A DNA stretch of 64,000 nucleotides from Clostridium sp. CAG:221 (GTDB lineage: Bacteria; Bacillota; Clostridia; Clostridiales; Clostridiaceae): the NCBI RefSeq assembly GCF_000435835.1, contig NZ_FR883429.1, one strand, 5' to 3'. Shown here one piece after another: positions 8,857 to 18,776 of the stretch; the first letter of the stretch is position 1; the number at the start of each line of letters is the position of its first letter. The notes beneath the pieces are model-generated. The model was given only the letters and a program-made list of their open reading frames with translations, searched no databases and was not told the DNA's origin. A program made the translations under genes and the position numbers.

Positions 8857-10928
8857 TATAAAGCTACAACTCCTTCTGTTCTTATTTGTACATCATTTGG
8901 TATTTCATTTAAAGAAAGTACCATAACATGTGGAAATACCATTTCTATAAGTTTTCTAAATACTGGTCTTATATTAGGTGATACCAAAATAATTGGTTGA
9001 TTATTATAGAAATAAACACTATCTATTGTTTGACGTATTTTTTCTAAAATTCTTGTAGTTGTTTCTGGATCAACTGACGGGAATGATCCTTGCAGAGATT
9101 TTTGTGTATTATTTGCAATTATATTTTCAATTTGTGGATCTAATGTGATCACTGTAACAGTTCTATTTTCATCTACTACCGTATTACATATGGTTCTTGC
9201 CATAGCAAATCTTACATATTCAGTTAATAACTCTATATCCTTAGTATTTCTTGAATTATCTGCTAAAGATTCAAAAATTGTTACAGTATCCTTTACTGGT
9301 ACCTTTTCTCTTAATAAATTTTGTAATACCTTTTGTACTTCACCGATGGTCATTAAATCAGGTATAAGTTCCTCTACAACTGTGCTATACTTCTCCTTCA
9401 TATTATCAACTATCATCTTAACTTCTTGACGTCCTAATAATTCATGTGCATGAGATTTTATAGTTTCAGTTAAGTGAGTAACCATTACTGTTATTGGATC
9501 TACCACTGTAAATCCTCTTATTTCAGCTTCTTCTTTTTGATCTGCATTTATCCATACAGCTGGCAGACCAAATGTTGGTTCAATAGTTTTAATTCCTGGC
9601 ATAGTGCCACCTTCTCCTGATGGATCCATACAAAGAAGCATGTTTGGCATCAATTCAGAGGAAACTATCACTGTTCCCCTAATTTTTAATATGTACTCAT
9701 TATTTTTAAGCTGTAAATTATCCCTTATTCTAATAGGTTGTACAATTATACCCATTTCAATGGCACACTGTCTTCTAACTGAAGCTATTCTTTGTAATAA
9801 ATCTCCACCATTTCTTTCATCAGCTAAAGGTATAAGACCATATCCAATTTCAACTTCCATAGGTTCTACAGAAATTAAATTCATAACATTCTCAGGTTCT
9901 TTTCTTATTTGCTCTTCTTGCTCTTCAACTTCTTGAACCATAGCAACTTCTTGTTTCTTTTCCTCTTCCTTTATAAGCATAAATGATAATCCACCCATAG
10001 ATGCCCCTGCCAATGCAAATGGTACTGTTGGCATTGATGGTATTATTGCAAAGGCAAACATTATTGTTGCTGCAATTCCAAGAGCCACTGGGAAAGCTGA
10101 TAACTGAGTAGTTAAAGTTTTACCGAAATTATTTTTTGAATTTGATCTAGTTACAAGAATACCAGCAGCAGTAGAAATAAGTAATGCTGGAACCTGACTT
10201 ACAAGCCCATCACCTATTGTTAAAATAACAAAACGACTAGCTGCCTCTCCAGCTGACATACCCATTTGAGTAATACCAATTATAATTCCACCTAAAACAT
10301 TTATTACAGTAATTATTATACCTGCTACAGCATCACCTTTAACAAACTTAGATGCCCCGTCCATGGTTCCATAAAAATCTGCTTCAGACTGCAAATCAGC
10401 TCTTCTTTTTTTAGCCGTTGCTTCATCTATTAATCCTGAATTTAAATCAGCATCAATACTCATTTGCTTACCAGGCATTGCATCTAATGTAAATCTTGCA
10501 GAAACTTCTGCAACTCTAGTAGACCCATTAGTTATAACAAGAAACTGTATTATCATAATTATTAAGAATATAATAACTCCAACAACATAATTTCCACCAA
10601 CTACGAAATCACCAAAGGCAGTAATTATACTTCCTGCATCACCTTTACTTAATATAAGTCTTGTAGAAGAAATATTAAGCCCCAATCTAAATAAGGTAAC
10701 TACCAATAGTAATGTTGGGAAAACTGATAATTGTAGTACGCTTGTGGTAAACATAGTAATCATTATTACAATAATTGATAAAGTTATGTTGAGTGCCAGT
10801 AAAATATCTAAAGCTATTGATGGTAATGGTATTATTATCATAAGTACAATACCAATTACCCCAAAAGCCACCAACACATCAAGATTTTCTTTTAAATTAA
10901 ACTTTCTATCGATAGCCAATTTCATCAA
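8856..10928 (-). CDS. flhA: Flagellar export gate protein FlhA
   Basis: RVAEVSARFTLDAMPGKQMSIDADL, GTMDGASKFVKGDA. Confidence 0.97.
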   Translation of the reverse strand: MMKLAIDRKFNLKENLDVLVAFGVIGIVLMIIIPLPSIALDILLALNITLSIIVIMITMFTTSVLQLSVFPTLLLVVTLFRLGLNISSTRLILSKGDAGSIITAFGDFVVGGNYVVGVIIFLIIMIIQFLVITNGSTRVAEVSARFTLDAMPGKQMSIDADLNSGLIDEATAKKRRADLQSEADFYGTMDGASKFVKGDAVAGIIITVINVLGGIIIGITQMGMSAGEAASRFVILTIGDGLVSQVPALLISTAAGILVTRSNSKNNFGKTLTTQLSAFPVALGIAATIMFAFAIIPSMPTVPFALAGASMGGLSFMLIKEEEKKQEVAMVQEVEEQEEQIRKEPENVMNLISVEPMEVEIGYGLIPLADERNGGDLLQRIASVRRQCAIEMGIIVQPIRIRDNLQLKNNEYILKIRGTVIVSSELMPNMLLCMDPSGEGGTMPGIKTIEPTFGLPAVWINADQKEEAEIRGFTVVDPITVMVTHLTETIKSHAHELLGRQEVKMIVDNMKEKYSTVVEELIPDLMTIGEVQKVLQNLLREKVPVKDTVTIFESLADNSRNTKDIELLTEYVRFAMARTICNTVVDENRTVTVITLDPQIENIIANNTQKSLQGSFPSVDPETTTRILEKIRQTIDSVYFYNNQPIILVSPNIRPVFRKLIEMVFPHVMVLSLNEIPNDVQIRTEGVVAL

Positions 10929-10942
10929 TCCTTTTAATTATC

Positions 10943-12769
10943 TTATTTTTTCATTTTATATATAGCCACAAGAATTTCAGCTACAGCTTGATACATTTCC
11001 TGTGGTATTTCTCTGTCCAATTCTACCTCTTTATAAATCATTCTTGCTAAAGGTTTATTTTCTATTATTGGAACATCATTTTCCTTGGCCTTTTCCTTAA
11101 TTCTAATGGCTAAATGATCTATTCCCTTTGCAACCAATTTAGGTGCATTATTCTGTCCATCTTCATACTTTATAGCTACAGCTATATGAGTTGGGTTGGT
11201 AATAACTACAGTGGCATCTCCCACGGCATTCATCATACCTTGAGTTATCATGGCTCTTTGTTTTTGCTTTATCTTAGCCTTTACCTGTTGATCCCCTTCC
11301 ATCTGCTTATATTCATCCTTTATTTCTTGCTTAGACATTCTAAGTTCTTTATTATGGAACCTAAATTGAATAAAATAATCAGTAGCTGCCAGCACTATTA
11401 AAAGTATTACTATTTTAGTAAATAAACCAACAACTATCTGTTTTATTTCACTACCTATACTTGAAACATTTAATGTTGATATATGAAGAATATCATTATA
11501 ATTATCTTTCATATAAGAATATCCAATGTAAGTAACAATAGTTACCACCAATAGATTCTTTAAAAGGTCAAAGGCACTTTTCTTAGAAAACATATTTTTA
11601 ATACCATTTAAAGGATTAAGCTTTTTTAAAGAAGGTTTTAATGGTTCTCCAGTTAATAAAAATCCTGTTTGCATTAAACTAGCTACTATTCCTGCAACCA
11701 TTATAGGTATTACTACCAATATAACTGTTGAAGCAAATTTAGTAAAAGAATTACTTGCAATTGACTTTAATAAACCATCTGTCAACTCCATAGAGCCTAC
11801 ATTGCTTAAATAATAAATTATTATTTCTTTAAAGTTATTAATTATCTTATCACTTAAAGTCATAATCACCAATAAAGTTGCTATGGTAGTAAGAGCAATT
11901 CCTATATCTTTACTTTTAGCAATTTGACCTTTTTTTCTAGCATCAGACTTCTTTTTAGGAGTAGCTTCTTCTGTTTTATCATCTGACATAAAAATAAGTG
12001 CTACAGGAGCTACATTTAATATTCTTCTTATAACTGAAGGTAAATAACTTAAAGCACCTATAAAAACTTTATTTATTATCGCTATAGAAAGTGTAATCAT
12101 TAATAACCCTACTATCATCTTTACAGGCATACCTAAAATCATTACATTTATTTGTGGAACTACTCTAGATACTAATCCCATACATATATCTGTCATTATA
12201 ATTATAATAACTATAGGTAATGCAATTTTTATTCCCATAAAGAAATATTCTATTATTATCTGCATACTTTCCATCATAGATTCTGATGAAATTATTGATG
12301 AACCTACAGAAACAACTGAAAAACTTTCTATTAATGACTTAATGATCAAATGATGTGCATCTGTTATAAAAAATAATACTAAAGTACAATATTCAAGTAA
12401 CTTTCCTGTTACAGTGGTAGTTGATGATGCACTGGCATCTGCCAGTGACAACATACTAAATCCTATATGAAGATCAATCCAACTTCCAGCAAGCTTTAAT
12501 ATTTGAAATAAACTTTTAGTTACAAGTCCTAAAAGTGCTCCAGTAATCCCTTCGTTTAAAAAATATATCAGTAGCTTATTATTATTATTTATAATTTCCA
12601 TACTTACATTGGAAACCGTTGGTTCAATTGCAAAAGCTAAAATCATTGGAATAGCTAATTTCAGTACCTTTGGTGTTCCACTTGGAAAAATAATATTAAA
12701 AACTATAAAAAATGCTGATAATCTTACGAAGATAAACATAACAGTAAAAATAATTGCTGAATCTATCAT
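10943..12769 (-). CDS. fliR-flhB: Fused FliR-FlhB export protein
   Basis: FliR TM half (RVVPQINV), then DDKTEEATPKK start of FlhB and NPTH autocleavage site. Confidence 0.93.
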   Translation of the reverse strand: MIDSAIIFTVMFIFVRLSAFFIVFNIIFPSGTPKVLKLAIPMILAFAIEPTVSNVSMEIINNNNKLLIYFLNEGITGALLGLVTKSLFQILKLAGSWIDLHIGFSMLSLADASASSTTTVTGKLLEYCTLVLFFITDAHHLIIKSLIESFSVVSVGSSIISSESMMESMQIIIEYFFMGIKIALPIVIIIIMTDICMGLVSRVVPQINVMILGMPVKMIVGLLMITLSIAIINKVFIGALSYLPSVIRRILNVAPVALIFMSDDKTEEATPKKKSDARKKGQIAKSKDIGIALTTIATLLVIMTLSDKIINNFKEIIIYYLSNVGSMELTDGLLKSIASNSFTKFASTVILVVIPIMVAGIVASLMQTGFLLTGEPLKPSLKKLNPLNGIKNMFSKKSAFDLLKNLLVVTIVTYIGYSYMKDNYNDILHISTLNVSSIGSEIKQIVVGLFTKIVILLIVLAATDYFIQFRFHNKELRMSKQEIKDEYKQMEGDQQVKAKIKQKQRAMITQGMMNAVGDATVVITNPTHIAVAIKYEDGQNNAPKLVAKGIDHLAIRIKEKAKENDVPIIENKPLARMIYKEVELDREIPQEMYQAVAEILVAIYKMKK

Positions 12770-12777
12770 TTATCCCC

Positions 12778-13044
12778 CTAAGATATCTTAGTAATGATAT
12801 TATATATATTTTCTGTATATTGAACCATAGTTTTTGATATCCAAGAAGCTAAAAATAATCCTATTGCACATATTCCTAACAATTTTGGAACAAAAGTTAA
12901 AGTTTGTTCCTGTATTTGGGTTGTTGCTTGAATTATACTTATTATAAGACCTATAATTAATGCAGCAGCTAAAAAAGGTCCTGCCACCTTTATTACTGTC
13001 ATTATAGATTCTTTTATTATTCCATTTAATAACGCTTCACTCAC
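12778..13044 (-). CDS. fliQ: Flagellar export protein FliQ
   Basis: QATTQIQEQTLTFVPK. Confidence 0.95.
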   Translation of the reverse strand: MSEALLNGIIKESIMTVIKVAGPFLAAALIIGLIISIIQATTQIQEQTLTFVPKLLGICAIGLFLASWISKTMVQYTENIYNIITKIS

Positions 13045-13055
13045 TTTTATTCACC

Positions 13056-13811
13056 TCACGAAAAACTTGTAATTAATGATTTTACAATTAAATTCCATCC
13101 ATCTACCATTACAAATAATAACAATTTAAATGCCAAAGATATAACTGTTGGTGGAAGCATCATCATACCCATAGACATAAGCACACTGGCTACTATCATA
13201 TCTATTACCATAAATGGTACAAATAATAAAAATCCTATTTGAAATGCTGTTTTTAATTCACTTATGGCAAAAGCAGGAACAATAGAATATAAAGGAATAT
13301 TTTTTCTTGTTAATTCTCCACTATTAAGCTTTGCGGCATCAACAAATAATTCCAAATCCTTTTGCCTTGTTTCTTTTAACATAAAATCCTTTATTGGATT
13401 AGATGCATTTTCAAGTGCTTGCTCAAAAGTTATTTCTTCATTTGAATACGGCTTTAATGCAACTTCATTTATTTCTGTATATACTGGTTGCATTATGAAA
13501 ATAGTTAAAAAAATAGCTAATCCAACTAAAATTTGACTAGGTATTGATTGCTGCGCTCCTATGGCATTCTTTAATAATGAAAAGACCACCGTTATTCTAG
13601 TAAATGATGTAAACATTATTATAAATGATGGTAATAATGTTAACATTGTAAAAAATATAAGTATTTTTATACTATCCACATAATCTGCTGGAGTATCTCC
13701 ACTACTAACAGATAAATTAAAATGTGGCGATGCAAAAGCTTCCTTTGGAATCATGAAAGTAATTGCTATTATAAAAAACACTATTAATTTATAAGCTTTT
13801 TTATTTTTCAT
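13056..13811 (-). CDS. fliP: Flagellar export protein FliP
   Basis: TSFTRI, PAFAISELKTAFQIGF, MGMMMLPP. Confidence 0.96.
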   Translation of the reverse strand: MKNKKAYKLIVFFIIAITFMIPKEAFASPHFNLSVSSGDTPADYVDSIKILIFFTMLTLLPSFIIMFTSFTRITVVFSLLKNAIGAQQSIPSQILVGLAIFLTIFIMQPVYTEINEVALKPYSNEEITFEQALENASNPIKDFMLKETRQKDLELFVDAAKLNSGELTRKNIPLYSIVPAFAISELKTAFQIGFLLFVPFMVIDMIVASVLMSMGMMMLPPTVISLAFKLLLFVMVDGWNLIVKSLITSFS

Positions 13812-14181
13812 ATTTATTTTTCCTTTTCTTTAGTTTATTTATTACTTCCTCAAAAGGCTTTATAATATTATTAAAAGCTTCTTTATTTTTTTCAATTTCA
13901 AATTTCTTTAAAACTTCAATCTCATTTAGCTCTTCTTCAGTTAGCTCTTTTATAAATTCACCTTTAGAAGGTGATACTGACATTACATATGCTTTTTTTC
14001 CTATCTTTATTATTTGTAAAGATACATCTTTTGATAACTGAGTTCTTTCAATTACTCTTATAGTTTTTCTTGAATTTACCTCATTTAATTTGCTTTCATT
14101 AAATTTTAATAGTAAGAGCATTAAAAGTATAAGAACTATTAATGTTCCTATAATTTTAATACTCATCAATACAAATTCCAT
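13801..14181 (-). CDS. fliO: Flagellar protein FliO/FliZ
   Basis: TM helix then IRVIERTQLSK; between fliL and fliP. Confidence 0.8.
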   Translation of the reverse strand: MEFVLMSIKIIGTLIVLILLMLLLLKFNESKLNEVNSRKTIRVIERTQLSKDVSLQIIKIGKKAYVMSVSPSKGEFIKELTEEELNEIEVLKKFEIEKNKEAFNNIIKPFEEVINKLKKRKNKYEK

Positions 14182-14197
14182 ATATATGTACTTCCTA

Positions 14198-14638
14198 TTA
14201 TTGAACTAAAAGTTCATTAAATTTAATATCTATAATAGTTCCAGATTTTAAATTTGAATTTAATCTTTGTACTAAATCTCTCTTTAAATTAACTTCATTA
14301 TCAGCAGTAAAATCTGAAGTTTTTAAAGATTTTAAATAAAATATTGCTGAATCTCTTAAAGCAACAAGCTTAGTAGTAATTTCTTCTCCTACTTCTGTAT
14401 TAGCACTGTCATAAGTAACAGTAGCAGTCATTTGCACATATTTTTTGCTACCTTCATCACTTAAATTTACAAGCAATTGCCCTAATTCAGTATAAGCTTC
14501 TACTATTGGTGCTTCTTCAGAATTTGCCTTTGACATACCATAATATACTCCAGCAAAAACTCCTCCACCTAGCAGTAATAATGCTACAACTATAATAATA
14601 ATTAGTTTACCTTTACCTTTTTTCTTTTCTTCTGCCAT
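14198..14638 (-). CDS. fliL: Basal-body protein FliL
   Basis: Basic N-terminus, TM helix, LLVNL, C-terminal FNELLVQ. Confidence 0.88.
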   Translation of the reverse strand: MAEEKKKGKGKLIIIIVVALLLLGGGVFAGVYYGMSKANSEEAPIVEAYTELGQLLVNLSDEGSKKYVQMTATVTYDSANTEVGEEITTKLVALRDSAIFYLKSLKTSDFTADNEVNLKRDLVQRLNSNLKSGTIIDIKFNELLVQ

Positions 14639-14641
14639 TTC

Positions 14642-15367
14642 TTACTCCTTATCATCAGCTATAATTAAAATATTTACTCTTCTATTTTTAGCCATATTTT
14701 CTTCAGTATCATTAGGCACCACTGGATGATGTTCACCATATCCTGTAGCACTTAATCTTTTTGGATCTATGCCTGTATTTTCAACAAAATATTTTACTAC
14801 ATTTACAGCTCTATCCACTGACAATTCCCAGTTAGAAGGGAATTCTGCTGTAGAAATAGGTCTATTATCAGTATGCCCTTCTACTACAATAGTATTATCT
14901 ATAGAAGATAATAATTCTGCAATAGATGATAATACTTCCTTGCTATCTTCTCTTAAAGTTGATTTTGAAGTTTCAAAAAGTATACTTTCTCTAACTTGAA
15001 TGGCAACACCTTGTTCAGTTTCAATTATTTCCACTGATGCTTCTAATTCATGCTCCTTAACAAATTTACTTACTTGATAGTACATACTTTCTTCAATATT
15101 TTCACCATCTACAGTATCTGTTGGTGTTTCTCCACCAATTAAAGGAACATCACCATTATATAAATTATATTCTAAAATACTATCACCAACTTCACCTGCC
15201 ATTACACTTCTGAAAGCTTGAGAAAGTGCTCTCATTTTAGCTTCATCAGTAGAAGACATTGCATATAAAAGAACAAAAAAAGTCATCAAAAGAGTAACAC
15301 AATCAGAGTAGGTAGCTAACCATTCATCACCGCTTGGTTCATCACGCTGTACTTTTTTCCTTGCCAT
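14642..15367 (-). CDS. motB: Stator B subunit (MotB/MotS/PomB type)
   Basis: WLATYSDCVTLLMTFFVLL; OmpA-like VEGHTDN, NWELS, NRRV. Confidence 0.93.
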   Translation of the reverse strand: MARKKVQRDEPSGDEWLATYSDCVTLLMTFFVLLYAMSSTDEAKMRALSQAFRSVMAGEVGDSILEYNLYNGDVPLIGGETPTDTVDGENIEESMYYQVSKFVKEHELEASVEIIETEQGVAIQVRESILFETSKSTLREDSKEVLSSIAELLSSIDNTIVVEGHTDNRPISTAEFPSNWELSVDRAVNVVKYFVENTGIDPKRLSATGYGEHHPVVPNDTEENMAKNRRVNILIIADDKE

Positions 15368-15370
15368 AAC

Positions 15371-16174
15371 TTATGCAACTCCTTCTGTATTTTCTGTATT
15401 ACTATTTATATATTCTAATCTTTCTTTTGCAGATAAATAAGTTAAAAGTTTTTCTTCTACAATTCTTGGGTTAACACCTGATTGTATTGCTAAGATACCT
15501 TCTAACATCATAGTTCTTGTACCAGTTTCTAATGCACATTGTCTTTTTAAATTTGCACCTATTGGATTACAAAAGTAATTAGCTAAGAATGAACCATAGA
15601 AAGTTGTAAGAAGTGCAACTCCCATACCAACAGCTATACTTTGAATATCATTTAAGTTTTGCATCATTTGAACTAGCCCTATTAATGTACCTATCATACC
15701 AAACCCTGGAGCGTATCCACCCCAAGCAGTATACATACCTGCCACATTCATTCCTCTATTTTCAGTTTCATATATATCTAATTCTAATATTTCCTTAATA
15801 GTTTCCGGCTCAATACCATCAACAACCATTTGCATACCCTTTTTTAAGAATGGATCTTCTAAATTACTTATATCTTCTTCTAAAGATAGTAAACCGTCTT
15901 TTCTTGCTCTTTGTGAAAGATTTGAAAACTGTACTATTATATCTTTTTGAGAAGCACTACTTTCTTTAAATGCATTACCAAGACTTCCAAACATCTCTTT
16001 TATTTCATCCATAGTATATGTGATAAATAAAGCACTTAAAGATCCTCCAACACATATGAATATTGATGGAATATCAATAAATATACTAAAAGGACCTCCA
16101 GAAACAATTCCATATCCTATTAAGGCAGCTCCAAGTACAAACCCAGCCGGCGTCATAATATCTGTTTTCTTCAC
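15371..16174 (-). CDS. motA: Stator A subunit (MotA/MotP/PomA type)
   Basis: ARKDGLLSLE, PGFGMIGTLIGL, ALLTTFYG. Confidence 0.93.
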   Translation of the reverse strand: MKKTDIMTPAGFVLGAALIGYGIVSGGPFSIFIDIPSIFICVGGSLSALFITYTMDEIKEMFGSLGNAFKESSASQKDIIVQFSNLSQRARKDGLLSLEEDISNLEDPFLKKGMQMVVDGIEPETIKEILELDIYETENRGMNVAGMYTAWGGYAPGFGMIGTLIGLVQMMQNLNDIQSIAVGMGVALLTTFYGSFLANYFCNPIGANLKRQCALETGTRTMMLEGILAIQSGVNPRIVEEKLLTYLSAKERLEYINSNTENTEGVA

Positions 16175-16186
16175 ATCAATTTCCCC

Positions 16187-16378
16187 CTAAATTCTATACG
16201 TAGCTATTCTATTTTTATATCTTATAACCTTATCTTTTACTTCATGTATAGTTTCTAAAACAATATACTTTTTCCCATTGGTAAGTGTTATTAAAGTTTC
16301 AGGAACTTCTTCAATCTTTTCTATATGATCTGCATTTAAAGTAAATTCTTTATTATTCATTGCTGTTAAATCAATCAT
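16187..16378 (-). CDS. flbD: Flagellar protein FlbD/SwrD
   Basis: LNADHIEKIEEVPETLITLTNG. Confidence 0.9.
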   Translation of the reverse strand: MIDLTAMNNKEFTLNADHIEKIEEVPETLITLTNGKKYIVLETIHEVKDKVIRYKNRIATYRI

Positions 16379-16397
16379 ACTAACACCTTTCTTGCTT

Positions 16398-16520
16398 ATT
16401 GAATTACCAATAATGAATCAATTAAAAATAATTAACTCATTTTTGGTAATTCAATTTTTTACTATAATTTATGAGCTGAATGATAAATTAAATTTAATCC
16501 ATCATTCATTGCTCACAATT
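16398..16520. repeat. Two tandem long AT-rich inverted repeats between flgE and flbD
   Basis: attgaattaccaataatga (16398-16416) / tcatttttggtaattcaat (16437-16455), 18/19 match; second imperfect hairpin 16466-16520. Confidence 0.7.
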
Positions 16521-16533
16521 AATAATTTACAAA

Positions 16534-17565
16534 CTATCTCTTTAAATTAATTATTTCTGAAAGAATTTCATCACCTGTAGTGATTGTTTTTCCTGCTGCT
16601 TGGAAAGCTTTAGTAGCAACTATCATATCAGTAAATTGTTCTGCCATATCTACTCCTGACATTTCTAAATATCCTTGAAGAATATCTCCATATCCTGAGC
16701 TATTCCTATTTGCACTATTTTTACCACTTGAAATTATTGCTGCTCCTGAACTTCCTGATGGTTCATACATATTATTTCCTATTTCAGTTAAACCAACTTC
16801 ATTTTTAAAACTTGCCATGGCTATTTGACCAAGAGCTGTTATTTCACCAGTTTCTAATACACCTGTTATTAATCCATCAGCAGATATATTAAAGCTCTTT
16901 ACTGCAACTGGAGTTTTACCTCCTTTACCATCATCTTTAAGAACTTTATCAGGTATCTTTAAAGATACTAATTTATTATCTATAGCTTTTGTTTGATTAT
17001 TTGATTCCACATATAACACTTTTCCATCATCTTCTATATTATCACCAGTTTTATTAGTAACTGGATCTGTAGTTTCCATAGCAAACCCTAAAACTCTATA
17101 ACCTTTTGATGTTAAAAGATTACCTTCATTATCTAATACAAAAGAACCATCTCTTGTATATGCCACTGAACTATTAGCTGGCATATTTCCTATTCCATTA
17201 TTTGCTATTGTTATAGAGTCATTAGCATTTCCTGTAAGTGCTGGCCCTGTAGCTACCATAAAGTATCCACTTCCATCTACTGCCACGTCAAGAGCTCTTG
17301 ATGTTGATTGCATTGAACCTTGAGACATTATTTTATCAATACTTGAAATTTGTGCTCCAAGACCTATTTGCTTACCATTAACACCTCCTAAAGAATCTGA
17401 TGCTGCACTGGCACTACCTAATGTTTGACTTATTGTAGTACTGAAATTTACTCTTGACCCTTTAAATGCTGTTGTACTTACATTGGCTAAGTTATTACCT
17501 ATAACGTCTAACTTAGTTTGATTTACTTTCATTCCTGAAATCCCTGAATATAACGATCTTAACAT
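16534..17565 (-). CDS. flgE: Flagellar hook protein FlgE
   Basis: MLRSLYSGISG..GNNLANV, YTRDGSF, LEMSGVDMAEQFTDMI; between flgD and flbD. Confidence 0.9.
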   Translation of the reverse strand: MLRSLYSGISGMKVNQTKLDVIGNNLANVSTTAFKGSRVNFSTTISQTLGSASAASDSLGGVNGKQIGLGAQISSIDKIMSQGSMQSTSRALDVAVDGSGYFMVATGPALTGNANDSITIANNGIGNMPANSSVAYTRDGSFVLDNEGNLLTSKGYRVLGFAMETTDPVTNKTGDNIEDDGKVLYVESNNQTKAIDNKLVSLKIPDKVLKDDGKGGKTPVAVKSFNISADGLITGVLETGEITALGQIAMASFKNEVGLTEIGNNMYEPSGSSGAAIISSGKNSANRNSSGYGDILQGYLEMSGVDMAEQFTDMIVATKAFQAAGKTITTGDEILSEIINLKR

Positions 17566-17592
17566 AAATATTTCCTCCTAAAAATTTTCCAT

Positions 17593-17648
17593 TTGTTTCT
17601 TGCTTCTATCTTTCCACAAGACAAGGCCTCCATATTTGGTCCAGCCTA
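17593..17648 (-). promoter_or_regulatory. Candidate structured cis-regulatory RNA in the flgE leader
   Basis: AGGC-UGGA-CCA(AAUA)UGG-AG-GCCU followed by UCUUGU(GGAAAGAUAGAA)GCAAGA; GGA-rich. Confidence 0.4.
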
Positions 17649-17656
17649 ATAAATTT

Positions 17657-18043
17657 TTATAATATAACTACACTATCTATATTGGTAAAAACATTATTTT
17701 CTGCTCTTTCTTTCTCTACAGCAGTTATTATTGTTCTATTTTTTATATTAGCTATTAATGCCACATCCTTATATATAAATACTGCATTTTTAGCACCCTT
17801 TTCTTTTGCTAAATCAAAACCATTATTTATCACATTCATATCATCTCTTGAAAAGCTTATTTCATTGAATCTTTTACAAGCATGTTTAGATAAAATAAAT
17901 CCTTCATTTTCTGTCTTTACATTATTTAATACATCATTAAAGCTAACTTCCCCTGTATTACCATTAGTTAATTTTGATTCACTTTCCAGGTTAAAAAAAT
18001 TACCTACAGCATATGCTCTTCCATTAACTATTCTATACCCCAT
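17657..18043 (-). CDS. Flagellar operon protein (TIGR02530-like)
   Basis: LSKHACKR, NRTIITA, NVFTNIDSVV; between flgD and flgE. Confidence 0.85.
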   Translation of the reverse strand: MGYRIVNGRAYAVGNFFNLESESKLTNGNTGEVSFNDVLNNVKTENEGFILSKHACKRFNEISFSRDDMNVINNGFDLAKEKGAKNAVFIYKDVALIANIKNRTIITAVEKERAENNVFTNIDSVVIL

Positions 18044-18059
18044 AACTCACCTTCTTTTG

Positions 18060-18764
18060 TTATATTGGAGTATCTTGCACCTTTTCAACTAAACTATAGT
18101 CGTAAGTCTTTACCTCTCCATCTAAAAGCTTAACTTTAATATTTATAGCACCATTTTCTCTAGATACAGACATAACTTGTCCTGTTACCTTTTCATTATT
18201 ACCATTTTCTTTACTTTCAGTAAGTTCCACATATTTTCCTATATAAGAACTTGCTGTCATCATCGCAATATTTGTATTCATATTATTTAAAGCTGAAAGT
18301 GATGAGTCTCCTACATCTAAAACCGTTTGAATACTACTCATTGGAACATCAATATACTTTGTTTGATTATCCTCATAAACCTCTATTGATACTGTATAAC
18401 TCGTCCCATTGTTTCCACTTACACCTCTAACTATACCAGTATAAGGAATACCTTTATTATCAAGAACATTAACTGTAACACCTTTACCTACTAAGTTATA
18501 TGCTGCTGAATTAGACATTGTAGTATTTAAATTAGACATTTGTTCCATAGTTGAAAACTGTGCTAATTGTGATATGTATTGTGTTGAATCTGTATCAGCC
18601 GTTGGATCTAAATTAGATAATTCTGCCACTAATATTTGTAAAAATGCATTTTTATCTACACTTCCACCTGCTTCAACAATTGAAGTTCCTCTATCAGTTT
18701 TTCCTCCAACAGTATAATTACCACCAGCTCTACTTTGCCCTGAAATTGTACTTATATCTGACAT
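18060..18764 (-). CDS. flgD: Hook capping protein FlgD
   Basis: DKNAFLQILVAELSNLDPT..YISQLAQFSTMEQM. Confidence 0.92.
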   Translation of the reverse strand: MSDISTISGQSRAGGNYTVGGKTDRGTSIVEAGGSVDKNAFLQILVAELSNLDPTADTDSTQYISQLAQFSTMEQMSNLNTTMSNSAAYNLVGKGVTVNVLDNKGIPYTGIVRGVSGNNGTSYTVSIEVYEDNQTKYIDVPMSSIQTVLDVGDSSLSALNNMNTNIAMMTASSYIGKYVELTESKENGNNEKVTGQVMSVSRENGAINIKVKLLDGEVKTYDYSLVEKVQDTPI

Positions 18765-18776
18765 ATGTATTCTCTC

